This document shows positions 1-11,306 of a stretch of DNA of 64,000 nucleotides, piece by piece. The notes under the pieces are model-generated. The model worked only from the letters and a program-made list of their open reading frames with translations. It did not search any database and was not told the DNA's origin. Source of the stretch: an uncultured Candidatus Rokubacteria bacterium (GTDB lineage Bacteria > Methylomirabilota > Methylomirabilia > Rokubacteriales > CSP1-6); NCBI GenBank assembly GCA_963789955.1, contig CAWBMV010000037.1, positions 468,984 to 532,983 on the forward strand, written 5' to 3'. Each line of letters begins with the position of its first letter. Position 1 is the stretch's first letter. A program made the position numbers and the translations under genes.

Positions 1-1337
1 ACGTAGCGGCCCGCGGCGCGCGCCTTCGCCTGCTCGCGACGAAGCTCGTCGTAGCGCGCCAGCTCCAGCGCCTTGTCGAAGACGGCTGGATAATCGCCGC
101 TGTCGTACAGCCCGCCGGTCGGCGTGCGATAGGGAAACTGATCGGGCTGCACGAGGTTGCGGCGCCTCACTTCGACCGGATCGAGGCCGAGCCGGTCGGC
201 GAGCCGGTCCATCATGCCCTCGGTCTCGAAGTAGAGGTGACCGCACGCGTAGCCGCGGTTCGGCCCGGTCAGGCTCTTGTTGGTCATGACCACCGAGGCG
301 TCGACTTCGAGATTCTGAAAGCGGTAGGGCCCGACGAAGTTCCCGGTCGGACGGAAGCTGCAGCCGGGCTCCGGGCTGCGGATGTAGCCGCCGACATTGT
401 CGAGCCACTTGAACCGCATCCCGAGGATCGTGCCGTCCTTGCGCGCCGCCACCTCGCGGTAGGCCACGCGATCCGTCCCGCTCGACGACGCCAGCAGATG
501 CTCGCGCCGGTCCTCGATCCACTTGACCGGCACCCCGAGCCGCATCGCGGCGAGCGCGATCAGGGCGATGTAGGGGTAGATCGACGACTTGATACCGAAC
601 GAGCCGCCGATGTCGGTCGGCACGATGAAGCGCAGCTTGTTCTCGGCGAGACCGAGGACCCGCGCGGTCAGCGGGTGCATGATGAACGGCCCCATGAAGT
701 TCGACCACACCGTGCACACGCCGTCGATCGGATCCCAGCGCGCGATGACGCCGTAGGTCTCGATCGGCGTCGAGCCGTACTTCGGAAACGCGAAGCGCTC
801 GGTCAGGACCACGTCGGCCTCGCGGAAGGCGCGGTCGGGCTCGCCGTAGACGAGCCGGCGGTGACCCGCCAGGTTCGAGCCGACGGCCTGATGCAGAACG
901 GGTGCCGAGGCGTCGAGCGCGCGCTCGGGATCGACGACCACGGGGAGCGGATCGTAGTCCACCCGGACGAGATCGGCGGCGTCCTCGGCCACGTAGCGGT
1001 TCTTGGCCACGACCACTGCCACCGGCTCGCCGACGAACCGCACGCGGTCCGTCGCCGCGCAGTAGTAGTGGATCGGCGCGGTCACGCCGACCGAGAAGGG
1101 CTTGGTGTACCGGGCGACGTCCGCGCCGGTGAGAGCGCCGTCCACGCCGTCCAGCGCCAGCGCCTCGGACAGATCGTAGCCGCGGATCGCCGCGTGAGGC
1201 AGCGGCGAGCGCACGATCGCCGCGTGGCGCACGTTGCCGACCGGCGGGTGGTCGTCGATGTAGGTTCCGCGCCCGGTGAGGAGCCGCGCGTCCTCGACGC
1301 GCTTGACCGACTTCCCGATCCAGCGAGCCTCGCTCAC
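1..1337 (-). CDS. Xanthine dehydrogenase/CoxL-family molybdopterin-binding large subunit (3' end outside window)
   Basis: Minus-strand frame from GTG at 1337 reads SEARWIGKSVKRVEDARLLTGRGTYIDD..., then VRFVGEPVAVVVA and DIGGSFGIK, typical of molybdenum hydroxylase large subunits; start overlaps the upstream stop. Confidence 0.9.
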   Translation of the reverse strand, partial: MSEARWIGKSVKRVEDARLLTGRGTYIDDHPPVGNVRHAAIVRSPLPHAAIRGYDLSEALALDGVDGALTGADVARYTKPFSVGVTAPIHYYCAATDRVRFVGEPVAVVVAKNRYVAEDAADLVRVDYDPLPVVVDPERALDASAPVLHQAVGSNLAGHRRLVYGEPDRAFREADVVLTERFAFPKYGSTPIETYGVIARWDPIDGVCTVWSNFMGPFIMHPLTARVLGLAENKLRFIVPTDIGGSFGIKSSIYPYIALIALAAMRLGVPVKWIEDRREHLLASSSGTDRVAYREVAARKDGTILGMRFKWLDNVGGYIRSPEPGCSFRPTGNFVGPYRFQNLEVDASVVMTNKSLTGPNRGYACGHLYFETEGMMDRLADRLGLDPVEVRRRNLVQPDQFPYRTPTGGLYDSGDYPAVFDKALELARYDELRREQAKARAAGRY

Positions 1338-2423
1338 TATGACCCGGCGAGCACGAACGGCACGTTGGCGTTCTTCGCGACCGCGCGCAGCTGATCCATG
1401 AGGTCGTCCGGAATCGGCACCCCCTGCTCGAGCCGCTCCTTCTTGTTCGCCCGCTCCGGATCGCCCGCGACCAGCACCGGCTGATTGGCGTCCACTCGCT
1501 TGGCGTTGTGCAGCACGTCGATCACCTGGTCGAGATCTTCTTCGAACTCGCCCTCCGCGCGAAACGCGCGCGGATCGATCGCCATGAAGAAGTGACCGAT
1601 GTTGTGCGGGTCGGACGTCTTCTGCGTCTGGTTGCGGATCGGCGAGAACGAGGCGCCGGCGAGCGTGCCGGCCAGCACGTGCACCATCACCGCGAGCCCA
1701 TAGCCCTTGTGGCTGCCCGCCTCGCGCGAGCCGCCGAGCGGGCGTGATGCCGCCGTCGCGATCGCTGACGTGCTGGAAGCCCTTCGCCGAGTCGGTCACG
1801 GTCTTGCCGTCGCCGTCGACGACCCAGCCCGCCGGCAGCGGCTTGTGGTTGAGCTTGTACACCCGGACTTTTCCCGCGGCGACCGTCGTCGTCGCCATGT
1901 CGAGCTCGAACGGCGCGTTGCGCTTCGCCGGGGCCGCGAACGCGAGTGGATTCGTGCCCATGACCGGCTCGGCGCCGAACGTGGGCACCATGGTGACGCC
2001 GCGGGTGGCCGAGGTCACCATGCCGATCACGCCGCGATCGGCGGCGATGCGCGCATAGCACCCGGCGGCGCCGAAGTGGTGCGAGTTGAACACCGCGACG
2101 ACGCCGACGCCGACCGTGAGGCACTTGTCGACCGCGAGATTCATCCCGTGGGCGGCGGCCGGGTGGCCGAGCGAGGCGTCGGCGTCGATGAGCGCCATCG
2201 CCGCCGTCTCGCGCACCTTCTTGAAGCTCGGGCGCATGTTGAGGCGCCCGTTGCGAAACTCCTGGTCGTAGGTCGGCAGCATCCCGATGCCGTGCGAGTC
2301 GACGCCTCGCAGATCGGTCTCCACCATCATGTCGGCGGTGGTGTCGGCGTGGGCCTCCGACATCCCCCACGCCCGGAAGACGGACACGAGCTGACGGTGA
2401 ATCTGCTGGGCGGGAACTCGCAT
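1337..2423 (-). CDS. Ldh_2 family (malate/L-lactate/L-sulfolactate-type) oxidoreductase, frameshift near 1740
   Basis: MRVPAQQIHRQL...DLRGVDSHG, NSHHFGAAG, MGTNPLAFA, LDMATT, HKGYG and C-terminal GHFFMAIDP...VLVAGDPE. Confidence 0.88.
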
Positions 2424-2451
2424 GGCCCGTTCTCCGAGTCGCGCTGACCGT

Positions 2452-3201
2452 TCAGCCGCGGCCGACGAACGGCATCTTGTTGGCCATCACGGTCATGAAC
2501 AGCACGTTCGCATCGAGCGGCATCCGCGCCATGCAGAGCACCGCGTTCGCCACGTTCTCGACGTCCATCGTCGGCTCGATCATGGTCGTGCCGTTCGGCT
2601 GCGGGACACCCTTCGCCATCCGCTCGGTCATCGGGGTCGCAGCGTTGCCGATGTCGATCTGGCCGCAGGTGATGTCGTACTTTCTGCCGTCCAGCGACGT
2701 GGCCTTCGTGAGGCCGGTGATCGCGTGCTTGGTCGAGGTGTACGGCGCGGAATTGGGCCGCGGCGTGTGGGCCGAGATCGAGCCGTTGTTGATGATCCGC
2801 CCGCCGCGCGGGTTCTGGTCCTTCATGATCTTGAAGGCTTCCTGGGTGCACAGGAACGAGCCCGTCAGGTTGGTGTCGACGACGGCCTTCCACTGCTCGA
2901 CGGTCAAGTCCTCCAGGAGGCCGGCGGCGCCGATCCCGGCGTTGTTGAACAGGAGATCGAGACGGCCGAACGCGCTCTTGGTCTGGGCGAAGAGGGCGCG
3001 GATGGCCTGGGGATCACACACGTCGGTGGGGATGGCCAGGGCGCGAGAGCGTGCGTCGCCCGCCTCGGCCACGACCTTCTCGAGGGCGTCCTTGCGCCGT
3101 CCGGCGAGCGAGACGTGGTAGCCCTCTCTCAACAGCGCGAGCCCGACCGCCCTGCCCACTCCGCTTCCGGCACCCGTCACGATCGCGACTTTCTTGTCCA
3201 T
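2452..3201 (-). CDS. Short-chain dehydrogenase/reductase (SDR)
   Basis: [25 protein letters not shown] (YxxxK); ATG at 3201 with AGGAG upstream. Confidence 0.93.
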   Translation of the reverse strand: MDKKVAIVTGAGSGVGRAVGLALLREGYHVSLAGRRKDALEKVVAEAGDARSRALAIPTDVCDPQAIRALFAQTKSAFGRLDLLFNNAGIGAAGLLEDLTVEQWKAVVDTNLTGSFLCTQEAFKIMKDQNPRGGRIINNGSISAHTPRPNSAPYTSTKHAITGLTKATSLDGRKYDITCGQIDIGNAATPMTERMAKGVPQPNGTTMIEPTMDVENVANAVLCMARMPLDANVLFMTVMANKMPFVGRG

Positions 3202-3327
3202 ATCTCGATCTCCTGATGGCCTTTGATGGTCGATGTCGCCGACTCTACCACCGATGCGACGCTTTTTGCCGGGCAGACCGGCGAGGTTCTCGGGCATCAT
3301 GGGGCACCCCTCGGGAGGCGAGAACGT

Positions 3328-4173
3328 ATGGGCCGGATCGTGTATGCGGCGGCGATGTCGCACGTGCTCTACCCCGACTACTACGGCCAGAACGTCGGGC
3401 CGCACGGACGGCGAATGGTCGAGGACCTGATCGCGGTGGTCCGCGACATGGGACGCACGCTCCTCACGACCGCGCCCGACGCCCTCGTGGTGGTCGCCGA
3501 CGATCACCTGAACGTCTTCTCGTTCGACGCGATCCCCGCGCTCTGCGTCCGCGTCGGACGGTCGGTGAATCGCATGGTCCAGGACGACGCGATCGAGTTC
3601 GATCGCGCCCTCGACGGCCTGCCCGAGCGCTATCCGGTCCACGAGGACCTCGCCAACAGCATCCTGGAAAAAGGGATGCAGTCCGGGTTCGACTTCGCGG
3701 CGTCGTGGTCGGCGCCGCTCGATCACGCGTTCCTGAGTCCGGTCTCGACCCTGTACGGCGATCGACCGGTGCCGCCGCTCGTCCCCTTCTGGGTCAATTG
3801 CTTCGTGACGCCTCAGCCGACCGCGAAGCGCTGCTTCGAGGCGGGGCGTCACATCGCGCGGGTCGTGGCCGAAGGTCCGTGGAATGTCGCGATCATCGCC
3901 ACGGGCGGGCTCAGCCACTTCCCGGAGCTCTCCCTCGCGCGCGTGGGCCAGTCGGATCCGGTCTTCGACCGCCGGATCGTCACGCTGATGGAAGCGGGCG
4001 ACCACGAGGCGATGACCGCGCTCACGGCCAAGGAGCTTCACGACAGCGGGTCGCACGAGCTGCTCAACTGGCTCGTGCTCCTGGGTGCGGTGAGTCCGGC
4101 GCGCGCGACGGTCCGCTTCTTCGGCGAGATGGGCCGCGTGGATCTGGCGGCGCTCCAGTGGGACGTGGCATGA
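3328..4173 (+). CDS. LigB-family extradiol ring-cleavage dioxygenase, catalytic subunit
   Basis: [33 protein letters not shown] motifs of LigB/DesB/MhpB-type enzymes. Confidence 0.88.
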   Translation: MGRIVYAAAMSHVLYPDYYGQNVGPHGRRMVEDLIAVVRDMGRTLLTTAPDALVVVADDHLNVFSFDAIPALCVRVGRSVNRMVQDDAIEFDRALDGLPERYPVHEDLANSILEKGMQSGFDFAASWSAPLDHAFLSPVSTLYGDRPVPPLVPFWVNCFVTPQPTAKRCFEAGRHIARVVAEGPWNVAIIATGGLSHFPELSLARVGQSDPVFDRRIVTLMEAGDHEAMTALTAKELHDSGSHELLNWLVLLGAVSPARATVRFFGEMGRVDLAALQWDVA

Positions 4174-4385
4174 GCCGCTACGAGACGAACGTGGTGCTCT
4201 ACCGCCTGAAGAAGGATGCGGCCTTCCGCGACCGGTTCCGCGCCGATCCTCGCCGGGCGCTCGCCGACGCCGATCTCACCGACGAGGAGCGCGAGGCGTT
4301 CGTGCGCTGGGATGCGCGCAAGCTGAACGACCTCGGCGGCTTGCTACACCTCCTGATCTCGATCCCCGGCCTCGGCGCACACTGA
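4170..4385 (+). CDS. LigA-like small subunit of aromatic ring-opening dioxygenase
   Basis: ATGA overlap with ligB-like gene; [26 protein letters not shown]...LGG pattern typical of LigA domain. Confidence 0.78.
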   Translation: MSRYETNVVLYRLKKDAAFRDRFRADPRRALADADLTDEEREAFVRWDARKLNDLGGLLHLLISIPGLGAH

Positions 4386-4391
4386 GCGGGG

Positions 4392-4514
4392 CTACTTCGC
4401 CTCGGCGGCGCGCTCGGCCGCGAGCGGCTCGTCGTGATGAGCCGCGAGCTTGACCTCCAGGACGGCCGCCAGGGCGACGACGAGCACGAGCAGGGTCAAG
4501 ACGAACTTGGGCAT
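4392..4514 (-). CDS. Small (40 aa) putative membrane/secreted protein
   Basis: GAGGAGG RBS before ATG; MPKFVLTLLVLVVALAAVLEV hydrophobic N-terminus. Confidence 0.5.
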   Translation of the reverse strand: MPKFVLTLLVLVVALAAVLEVKLAAHHDEPLAAERAAEAK

Positions 4515-4695
4515 GTTCCCCTCCTCTGCGTCGTGCCGTGGCAAGAACGATGCCGCCTCAGCGGCTCTGACCACACCCGCGTGGATTCAGCCGGTTACAC
4601 GCTCGCGACACGGTATCGATGCCCAGACTCCGGGCGCGCCCGGGCGCTCTTCGCCTGAAGATCGGGCGCGCTGCCCGAGGCTGCTGGCTTCACAT

Positions 4696-5865
4696 CTAGA
4701 GCTCGCGAAGAGCGGAAGCGATCTGGGCGCGCGCCGCGCGCACGGCCGGCGGCACGCCGCCGATGAGCCCCATCAGCAGCGCGAACGCGAGCCCCATCGC
4801 CAGGAGACCGGGCGTGACCCTGAACGCGAAGGCCAGGTGCGAGAAGGTCTGCCAGTTGATCGTGCCCGTCGTGAGGCCGTTCAGCGGCAGGACGACCACG
4901 CAGCCCAGGAGGCCGCCCACGAAGGCGATGCAGAGCGACTCGACCACGAACGACACGACCACGCTCCCGCTCCCGAACCCGAGGGCCCGGAGCGTGGCGA
5001 TCTCGCGCGTGCGCTCGGAGACCGCCGAGTACATCGTGTTCAGCGCGCCGAAGACGGCGCCGATGCCCATCACGATCGCGATGATCGAGCCGAGCACCGT
5101 GATCAACGTCGTCAGCTGACGCGACTGCTTGGCGTAGTAGTCGATCTCGCGGTCGATCTGCACGGTCACGCGCGGATCGGAGGTCAGCGCGTCCTTGAAG
5201 GAGGTCAGCGCGTCGGGCGACGTGAGGCGCACGGTGGCCGACTGGAACATGTTGAGCGGACGCTGGTAGACCTGCCGGAGCACGCTGTAGTCGCACCAGA
5301 GCTCCGAATCGTACGCGCTGCCGCCGCTGTCGAACACGCCCACCACGGTCCAGGTGCCGCCGCCGAAGCGCACGGTCTTGCCGAGCTCGAGGCCGTCGTA
5401 GCTCGCGGCCACGTTGCTGCCCACCAGCAGCTCCGACAGCCCGGGCTGGAAGGCGCGCCCCGCGACGATCTTCACGGTCGGCCGGACGGTCAGCGCCTTG
5501 GGCGATACGCCGCGGACCTGAGCGTTGCCGTCGACGCCGCGCCCCTTGAGCGGAAACGAGGCGATCACGACGACCTCGGGGCTGACCAGCGGGCCGCCAT
5601 CGCCGCGCTCGACTCCGGGCGCGTCCTCGACCACCCGCACCTGCTCGAGCATCACGCTGCTGTCCATCTCGGACGTGGCGCCGGCGCGCCGGACGATCGC
5701 GTTGCGGGCCGATCCGGAGGCCACCAGGGTGGCCTCGAAGCCGCGCGCGAGCGAGAGCATGGCCACGAAGACGCCGACGGTCCCGGCGATGCCGAGCACG
5801 GCCACCACGGTCGACGTCCATCGCGCGCCGAGACTCCGGACGTTGTAGACGATCGGGATGGCCAT
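4696..5865 (-). CDS. MacB/FtsX-family ABC exporter permease
   Basis: ERTREIATLRALGF motif, 4-TM layout with large periplasmic domain. Confidence 0.92.
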   Translation of the reverse strand: MAIPIVYNVRSLGARWTSTVVAVLGIAGTVGVFVAMLSLARGFEATLVASGSARNAIVRRAGATSEMDSSVMLEQVRVVEDAPGVERGDGGPLVSPEVVVIASFPLKGRGVDGNAQVRGVSPKALTVRPTVKIVAGRAFQPGLSELLVGSNVAASYDGLELGKTVRFGGGTWTVVGVFDSGGSAYDSELWCDYSVLRQVYQRPLNMFQSATVRLTSPDALTSFKDALTSDPRVTVQIDREIDYYAKQSRQLTTLITVLGSIIAIVMGIGAVFGALNTMYSAVSERTREIATLRALGFGSGSVVVSFVVESLCIAFVGGLLGCVVVLPLNGLTTGTINWQTFSHLAFAFRVTPGLLAMGLAFALLMGLIGGVPPAVRAARAQIASALREL

Positions 5866-5866
5866 C

Positions 5867-7007
5867 TTAGATCCGCCTCAGCGCGTCGACGACGCGCAGC
5901 CGGCTCGCGGACAGCGCGGGAAGGATGCCGGCCGCGAGACCCACCCCGAGCGCCAGCATGATCCCGGTGACGAGCGATCGCGGCGACACGTAGAAGAACG
6001 GCATCAGGCCTCCGGTCGGATCGCCGCGCAAGGTGAAGAGCTTCGCCAGGCCGAGACCCACGCCGCCGCCCACCACGGCGACCGCCATCGTCTCGACGAT
6101 GACCAGCGCCAGCACGAAGCCGTCGCGGAAGCCGACCGCCTTCAGCACCGCCAGCTCGCGCGTGCGCTCGCGGACGGCGATCGCCATCGTGTTGCCGGTC
6201 ACGAGCAGGAGCGTGAAGAAGACGACGCTGCCGACGCTCATGATCAAGAGCTGGATGTTGCCCATCTGCTTCACGAACGAGGCCGCGAAGGCCTTCTCGG
6301 TGTCGGTCTTGGTCTCGGTCGGCGAATTCGCGAACTGATCGTCGATCGCCTTGCACCAGGCGGACCGCGTCGTCGGGATTGGCGATCCGGATGACGTACC
6401 AGCCCACCACGCCCTTCGTGAACGTCTTCCGCTCGTCGAAATAGTCCCAGCGGAACCAGAACTGCGTGGTGTCGTCCTGAGGGCGCCGCCCCCGGTAGAT
6501 GCCGCGGATGTTGAACTCCCAGCTTCCCGGGAAGATCGCGCCCTTGATCGGGATGCGGTCGCCGAGCTTCCACTTGAAGCGCTCGGCCAGCGCCTCGCCC
6601 ACGATCGCGCCCTCCTTGTCGCCGAGGAACGCCTGCCACTGGTCGTCCGGCACGAGGAACTCCGGGTACATCTCGCGATAGCTCTCGCGATCGACGGCGA
6701 ACTGGGGAAAGAAGTTGCGTTCGTCCTGGTACACGCCGCCGAACCAGTTGGCGAACGTGACTTTCGTCACGCCGGGGATCCGGGCCAGCCGGTCACGATA
6801 GGCGAGCGGCAGCGGCTGGATGATCGAGACGCGGTTCAGCACCACGAGACGATCGACGCCGGCCACGTCGACGCCTTGCTTGAAGGCGCCGTCGACCGCG
6901 GCCAGGATGCCGAAGAGAAAGAGCGCCACCGCGAACGATCCGGCCGTGAGCGCCGTGCGCGTTTTCTTTCTGAGCAAGTTGCTGACGACGAGATGCAGGT
7001 ACTTCAT
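5867..7007 (-). CDS. MacB/FtsX-family ABC exporter permease, frameshift near 6355
   Basis: N-term NLLRKKTRTALT; C-term ERTRELAVLKAVGF in a second frame. Confidence 0.9.
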
Positions 7008-7024
7008 CGATTACGCTGGCTATC

Positions 7025-7750
7025 TCACCGCGCGCCGCCCGCGGTCACGGACTCGACGAGCACGCCCTTCTCCAGATGGAGCACGAGGCGCGCACGCTCC
7101 GCGGCCAGCGGGTCGTGGGTCACCATCAGCACGGTCTTGCCGTGCTCGCGGACCAGGCGGTCGAGCAGATCGAGAACCTCGTCGGCGCTCTTCCGGTCGA
7201 GGTCGCCCGTCGGCTCGTCGCAGAGCAGGAAGGTCGGGTCGGCCACGATCGCGCGCGCGATGCCCACCCGCTGCTCCTGTCCACCCGAGAGCTGCCGCGG
7301 ATAGTGACGCATCCGATCGCCCAGCCCCACGACCTGCAGCGCCGTTTCGACGTGTCGCCGCCGGTCCGCCTTCGAGAGGCTCGTGAGCAAGAGCGGCAGC
7401 TCGACGTTCTGAAACGCGGTGAGCACGGGAATCAGGTTGTACATCTGGAAGACGAACCCGACGTGGCGGGCGCGCCAGGACGTCAGCTTGGCCCCGGACA
7501 TGCGCGTGATCTCGTCGCCCGCCACCGTGACGCTGCCGGCCGACGGCACGTCGAGCCCGCCGAGCAGGTTGAGCAAGGTCGTCTTTCCCGAGCCGCTCGG
7601 CCCCATGAACGCCACGAAATCGCCGGCGTCCACGTCGAGATTGAGCCCTTGCAGCACGTGGATCTCCTCGCCGCCCCGGCGATAGGTCTTGCCGAGCCCT
7701 CGCGCGATGATCAGGCCCTTGCCGTCTCCGCGACCATCGATGCTGACCAT
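7025..7750 (-). CDS. ABC exporter ATP-binding protein (LolD/MacB-like)
   Basis: GPSGSGKT, LSGGQEQR, DEPTGDLD, VTHD. Confidence 0.95.
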   Translation of the reverse strand: MVSIDGRGDGKGLIIARGLGKTYRRGGEEIHVLQGLNLDVDAGDFVAFMGPSGSGKTTLLNLLGGLDVPSAGSVTVAGDEITRMSGAKLTSWRARHVGFVFQMYNLIPVLTAFQNVELPLLLTSLSKADRRRHVETALQVVGLGDRMRHYPRQLSGGQEQRVGIARAIVADPTFLLCDEPTGDLDRKSADEVLDLLDRLVREHGKTVLMVTHDPLAAERARLVLHLEKGVLVESVTAGGAR

Positions 7751-7819
7751 GCATCTCCTGTTGTATCGGCACGCCTCAGCGACCGGGAGCCCCGGCCTAC
7801 AGCGGCACGACCGTTCTGG

Positions 7820-9029
7820 CTAGCGCTTCACGCGTACGGCTTGCCCGTCGCGTAGTTGCTTGGCTCCGGTGGTGACGACCTGCTCGCCGTCCGAGAGGCC
7901 GGCGATGACTTCCTGGTCGTTGCCGCGCGCCTGGCCGAGCCGCACCGCGCGCCGCTCGACCTTTCCATCGCGATGCACGAACACCGCCGGTCGTTCCACC
8001 CTCGTCGACCAGCGCGGCGCGCGCGATCAGCACCCGTCCCGCGGTCGCGGGCGCGGCGCGCTCCTCGCCGAGGAACGTGACCTTGACGCCCATGTCGGGA
8101 AGAATGCGCGGGTCGAGGCGGTCGAAGGTCGCCCGCACCTTGACCGTCGCCTTCTGGCGATCGGCCGTCGGGATCACCGTGCGCACCTTGGCCGGGATCT
8201 GCCAGTCCGGGTAGGCGTCGAGCACGGCCGTGACCGGCTGCGCGGCCTTCACCCGCGCGATGTACGACTCGTTCACGTCCACCTCGATCTCGAGCGAGGC
8301 CATGTCGACGATCGTGGCGATGCCGGTGCGCGTGAAGCCGCCGCCGGCGGAGACCGGCGACACCATCTCGCCGCGCTGCGCGTCCTTGGAGACCACGATG
8401 CCGCCGAAGGGCGCGCGCACCGTGCAGTTGTCGAGATCCTGCTGCGCGACCTTCACCCGCGCCTCGGCGGCGCCGACCTGCTCGCGGGCCAGCGCGATCC
8501 TCGCCTTGAAGCTGTCGACCGCCATCTTGGCCTGGTCGCGGCTTTGCTCGGCCACCAGCTTGCGGTCCCAGAGCTCCTCGACCCGCTTCAGCTCGCGCTC
8601 GGCGTTGTCGAGGTTCACCTGCAGGTCGCCCAGGGTCGCCGCGGTGGCGGCACGCTCGGCCATCGCCGAGATGAGCCGGGCCCGCGCGTCGGAATCGTCG
8701 AGCCGGGCGAGCACCTGACCCGGCTCCACCTGCATTCCCTCGTCGACGTAGATCTCGTTGACCCGCGCCGTGATCTTGGCGGCGATGGTCGCCCGCTGGC
8801 GAGGCGTGACGTACCCGCTGGCGTTCAGCAGCGCCGCGCGGCCTCCCTTGTCGGCGCGTGCGGCCGCCACCTCGACCTCCGGAGGCTTCTCGCGCAGCGC
8901 GACGAACAGCACGGCGGCGACCGCGAGCAGCACCACGAGCCCGATGGCGATCGCGCGCCAGCCGAGCCGCCGCGGCGCACGCCGGGCGCGCTCGTCGATC
9001 CGGAGGGCCGAGAGATCGGGGCTGCTCAT
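7820..9029 (-). CDS. Efflux membrane fusion protein (MacA/HlyD-like), frameshift near 7990
   Basis: N-terminal TM, ASGYV, coiled-coil hairpin, VRAPFGGIV, EVDVNE, PDMGVKV. Confidence 0.9.
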
Positions 9030-9108
9030 CAGCCCAGGGTACCAAGTCCTCGCGGGGCGCGCCCGCCGGGAGACATTGTCGGATACTCTACCGGCAAGGA
9101 GGCGTCGC

Positions 9109-10113
9109 GTGAACCAACCGTCGGGGCTCGTGCGCCTGGTGCTCGTGCAGCTGGAGAAGCTCGGGGAGATGGGCTTGCCCCGCGACCTGCTCCTGCGCGA
9201 GGCCAAGATCGACGAGCGCCAGCTGCGCGATCCAGACGGACGCATCCCGCTCGACGCGGTCACGCGCCTCTGGCACGCCGCCGCCTCGCGCGTGCCCGAC
9301 CCGGCGTTCGGACTGCGTATCGGCGCACAAACCTCGGTGCGTGAGTGGGGCCTCGTCGGCTATGCGGTCGCCCACAGCAGCACCCTCGGCCACGGCCTCA
9401 ATTGCTTCGCCCACTACAGTCGAGTCGTCTCGGACGCGCTGGTCGTCCGGATCGACGCCGAGCGCGACGCGGCCTGGGTGCGACTGGACGTCCAGCCGGC
9501 GCTGCGCGCGTTCAGGCCCGCCGTCGACGCGCGCCTGGCGGCCCTCTTGTCGGCGTGCCGCGAGATGGTCGGCGGGCCGGTGACACCGCTCCTCGTCCAG
9601 CTCTCGTACCGACAGCCCGCCGACGTCAAGGAGTACGAGCGATTCTTCGGCGCGCCACTGGAGTTCGGCTCGCTGGCCTCGTCGTTTCTCCTGCGGAGCG
9701 AGGATCTGACGCGACCGGTCGCGGTCGCGGACCAGACCCTGGTCGGCTATCTCGAGACCCTCGCCGACCAGAAGCTCGCGAGCATCGGCACGGAGCGCTC
9801 GCTTCGCGAGCGGGTGCGCCGCGCGCTGTGGTCCGAGCTGAGCGAGCGAACACCCACCCTGGAGGGCGTCGCCCGCAGCCTGGGAGTCAGCGCGCGGACG
9901 CTCCAGCGGCAGCTGCGGCAGGAAGGGGCCAGCTTCGCGAAGCTCCTGGCGGAGCTTCGGCGCGAGATGGCGCCGGCGCTCTTGCGCGACGGCCAGTACG
10001 GTGTTTCCGAGGTGGCGTTCCTCCTGGGCTACGAGGATCCGAGCGCGTTTCGCCGGGCATTCCAGCGGTGGTTCCGACGCTCGCCCCGATCCTTCCGCAG
10101 CGCCACCGACTGA
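9109..10113 (+). CDS. AraC-family transcriptional regulator
   Basis: AAGGAGG RBS before GTG; C-terminal VARSLGVSARTLQRQL...VAFLLGYEDPSAFRRAFQRW; divergent from exporter. Confidence 0.93.
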   Translation: MNQPSGLVRLVLVQLEKLGEMGLPRDLLLREAKIDERQLRDPDGRIPLDAVTRLWHAAASRVPDPAFGLRIGAQTSVREWGLVGYAVAHSSTLGHGLNCFAHYSRVVSDALVVRIDAERDAAWVRLDVQPALRAFRPAVDARLAALLSACREMVGGPVTPLLVQLSYRQPADVKEYERFFGAPLEFGSLASSFLLRSEDLTRPVAVADQTLVGYLETLADQKLASIGTERSLRERVRRALWSELSERTPTLEGVARSLGVSARTLQRQLRQEGASFAKLLAELRREMAPALLRDGQYGVSEVAFLLGYEDPSAFRRAFQRWFRRSPRSFRSATD

Positions 10114-10208
10114 CACCCTCCCAGAAAGCGCCGCTGTCGTCGCCGACCCGAAACTTGTCGCCCGCGGCCACGGTGCACCGGCCCGAAGCTCGGTAGCATC
10201 AATGAAGT

Positions 10209-10592
10209 ATGGGCGCCTCGATGTCCGAGCTCGCAGGCCTTCACGTTCTGGTGATCGACGACGACCAGCTGGCCCGCCATTTCCTGCGATCAGTGCTCGA
10301 GTTCTCGGGCGCGGTCGTCACCGCCGCCAGCACCGGGGATGCCCTGCGGGCCGCGCTCATCGCCGACGTCATCGTCTGCGACCTGGCGTCGGCGGAGGCG
10401 GCCGGGCGCGAGTTCATCGTGCAACTCCAGCAGGTGCACGTGCGCCTGGGTCGCAGTGTCCCGGTCATCGCGCTGCTGCCGGCCGGCGTCCGCAGCGCGC
10501 GCACCCGTGCCGCCGGCTTCCAGATGCATCTGATGAAGCCCGTCGACGGCGACGAGCTCCGCGCCGCGGTGCTCGAGATGGCTCGCCGCTAG
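10209..10592 (+). CDS. Stand-alone response regulator receiver
   Basis: VLVIDDD, IVCDL, AGFQMHLMKPVD. Confidence 0.8.
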   Translation: MGASMSELAGLHVLVIDDDQLARHFLRSVLEFSGAVVTAASTGDALRAALIADVIVCDLASAEAAGREFIVQLQQVHVRLGRSVPVIALLPAGVRSARTRAAGFQMHLMKPVDGDELRAAVLEMARR

Positions 10593-10630
10593 CTCCACAC
10601 CGCTCCGATCGTCCCGCGGTCCGCCGAGCT

Positions 10631-11306
10631 CTAGAGCGCGATCAGCCCTTGTCGCACGCCGAACGTGACCGCCTCCGTGCGGCTCGCGGCGCCCAGCTTG
10701 GCCAGGATCGAGGCCACGTGGAACTTCACCGTCTGGCTCGAGATCCCGAGCCGCGCCGCAATGGTCCGATTGCTCATTCCTTCAGCCAGCATCTCGAGGA
10801 TCTCGAGCTCGCGTGGTGTCAGCACCGGCGCGCGATCGCGGCGCTCCGCCGCGCGCGCCTCGGCCGACGCCTTGCAGCGCATCGGGATGAAGGACGACGA
10901 GGCCGGCTTTGGCGGCGGCGATCGCCGCGCCGAGCTCCTCGGCGGTCGCGTCGTCGCGAAGGACCGCGCGAACCCCCGCGCGGCGCGCCTGGGCCGTCCA
11001 GGCCGCGAGCGGATCAGACGCGAGAAGCACCACGGCCGCGACACCCGGGAACCCGCGAAGGATCTCGAGCGCCTTCGCCGTCGCGTCCGACGACAGCGCC
11101 AGCACGACGACGGCAAGAGCGTGGTCCTCGAGACGGCGTCCGAGCTCCGCTGAGCCGCTGACCGTCACGGAGAGATCGGAGCGGCTCCGCAGCATCGCCT
11201 CGATGCGCGCGGCGACCAGCCCACTGCCGGCGACCACGAGAACCGGGGTCGAACGCTCGCGCTCGCTTTCGCGCGAAGGAAGTCGCCGGCGCTCCGCCAC
11301 GCTCAC
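10631..11306 (-). CDS. NarL/LuxR-family regulator with degenerate receiver domain, frameshift near 10865
   Basis: C-terminal LTPRELEILEMLAEGMSNRTIAARLGISSQTVKFHV HTH; N-terminal receiver-like region lacks the acidic residues. Confidence 0.85.

Noticed and set aside
237..6394. Long plus-strand Arg/Ala-rich ORFs such as 237-1394 and 4450-5961, and similar ORFs throughout
   Set aside because: Antisense or off-frame shadows of real genes in high-GC DNA, with no recognisable motifs
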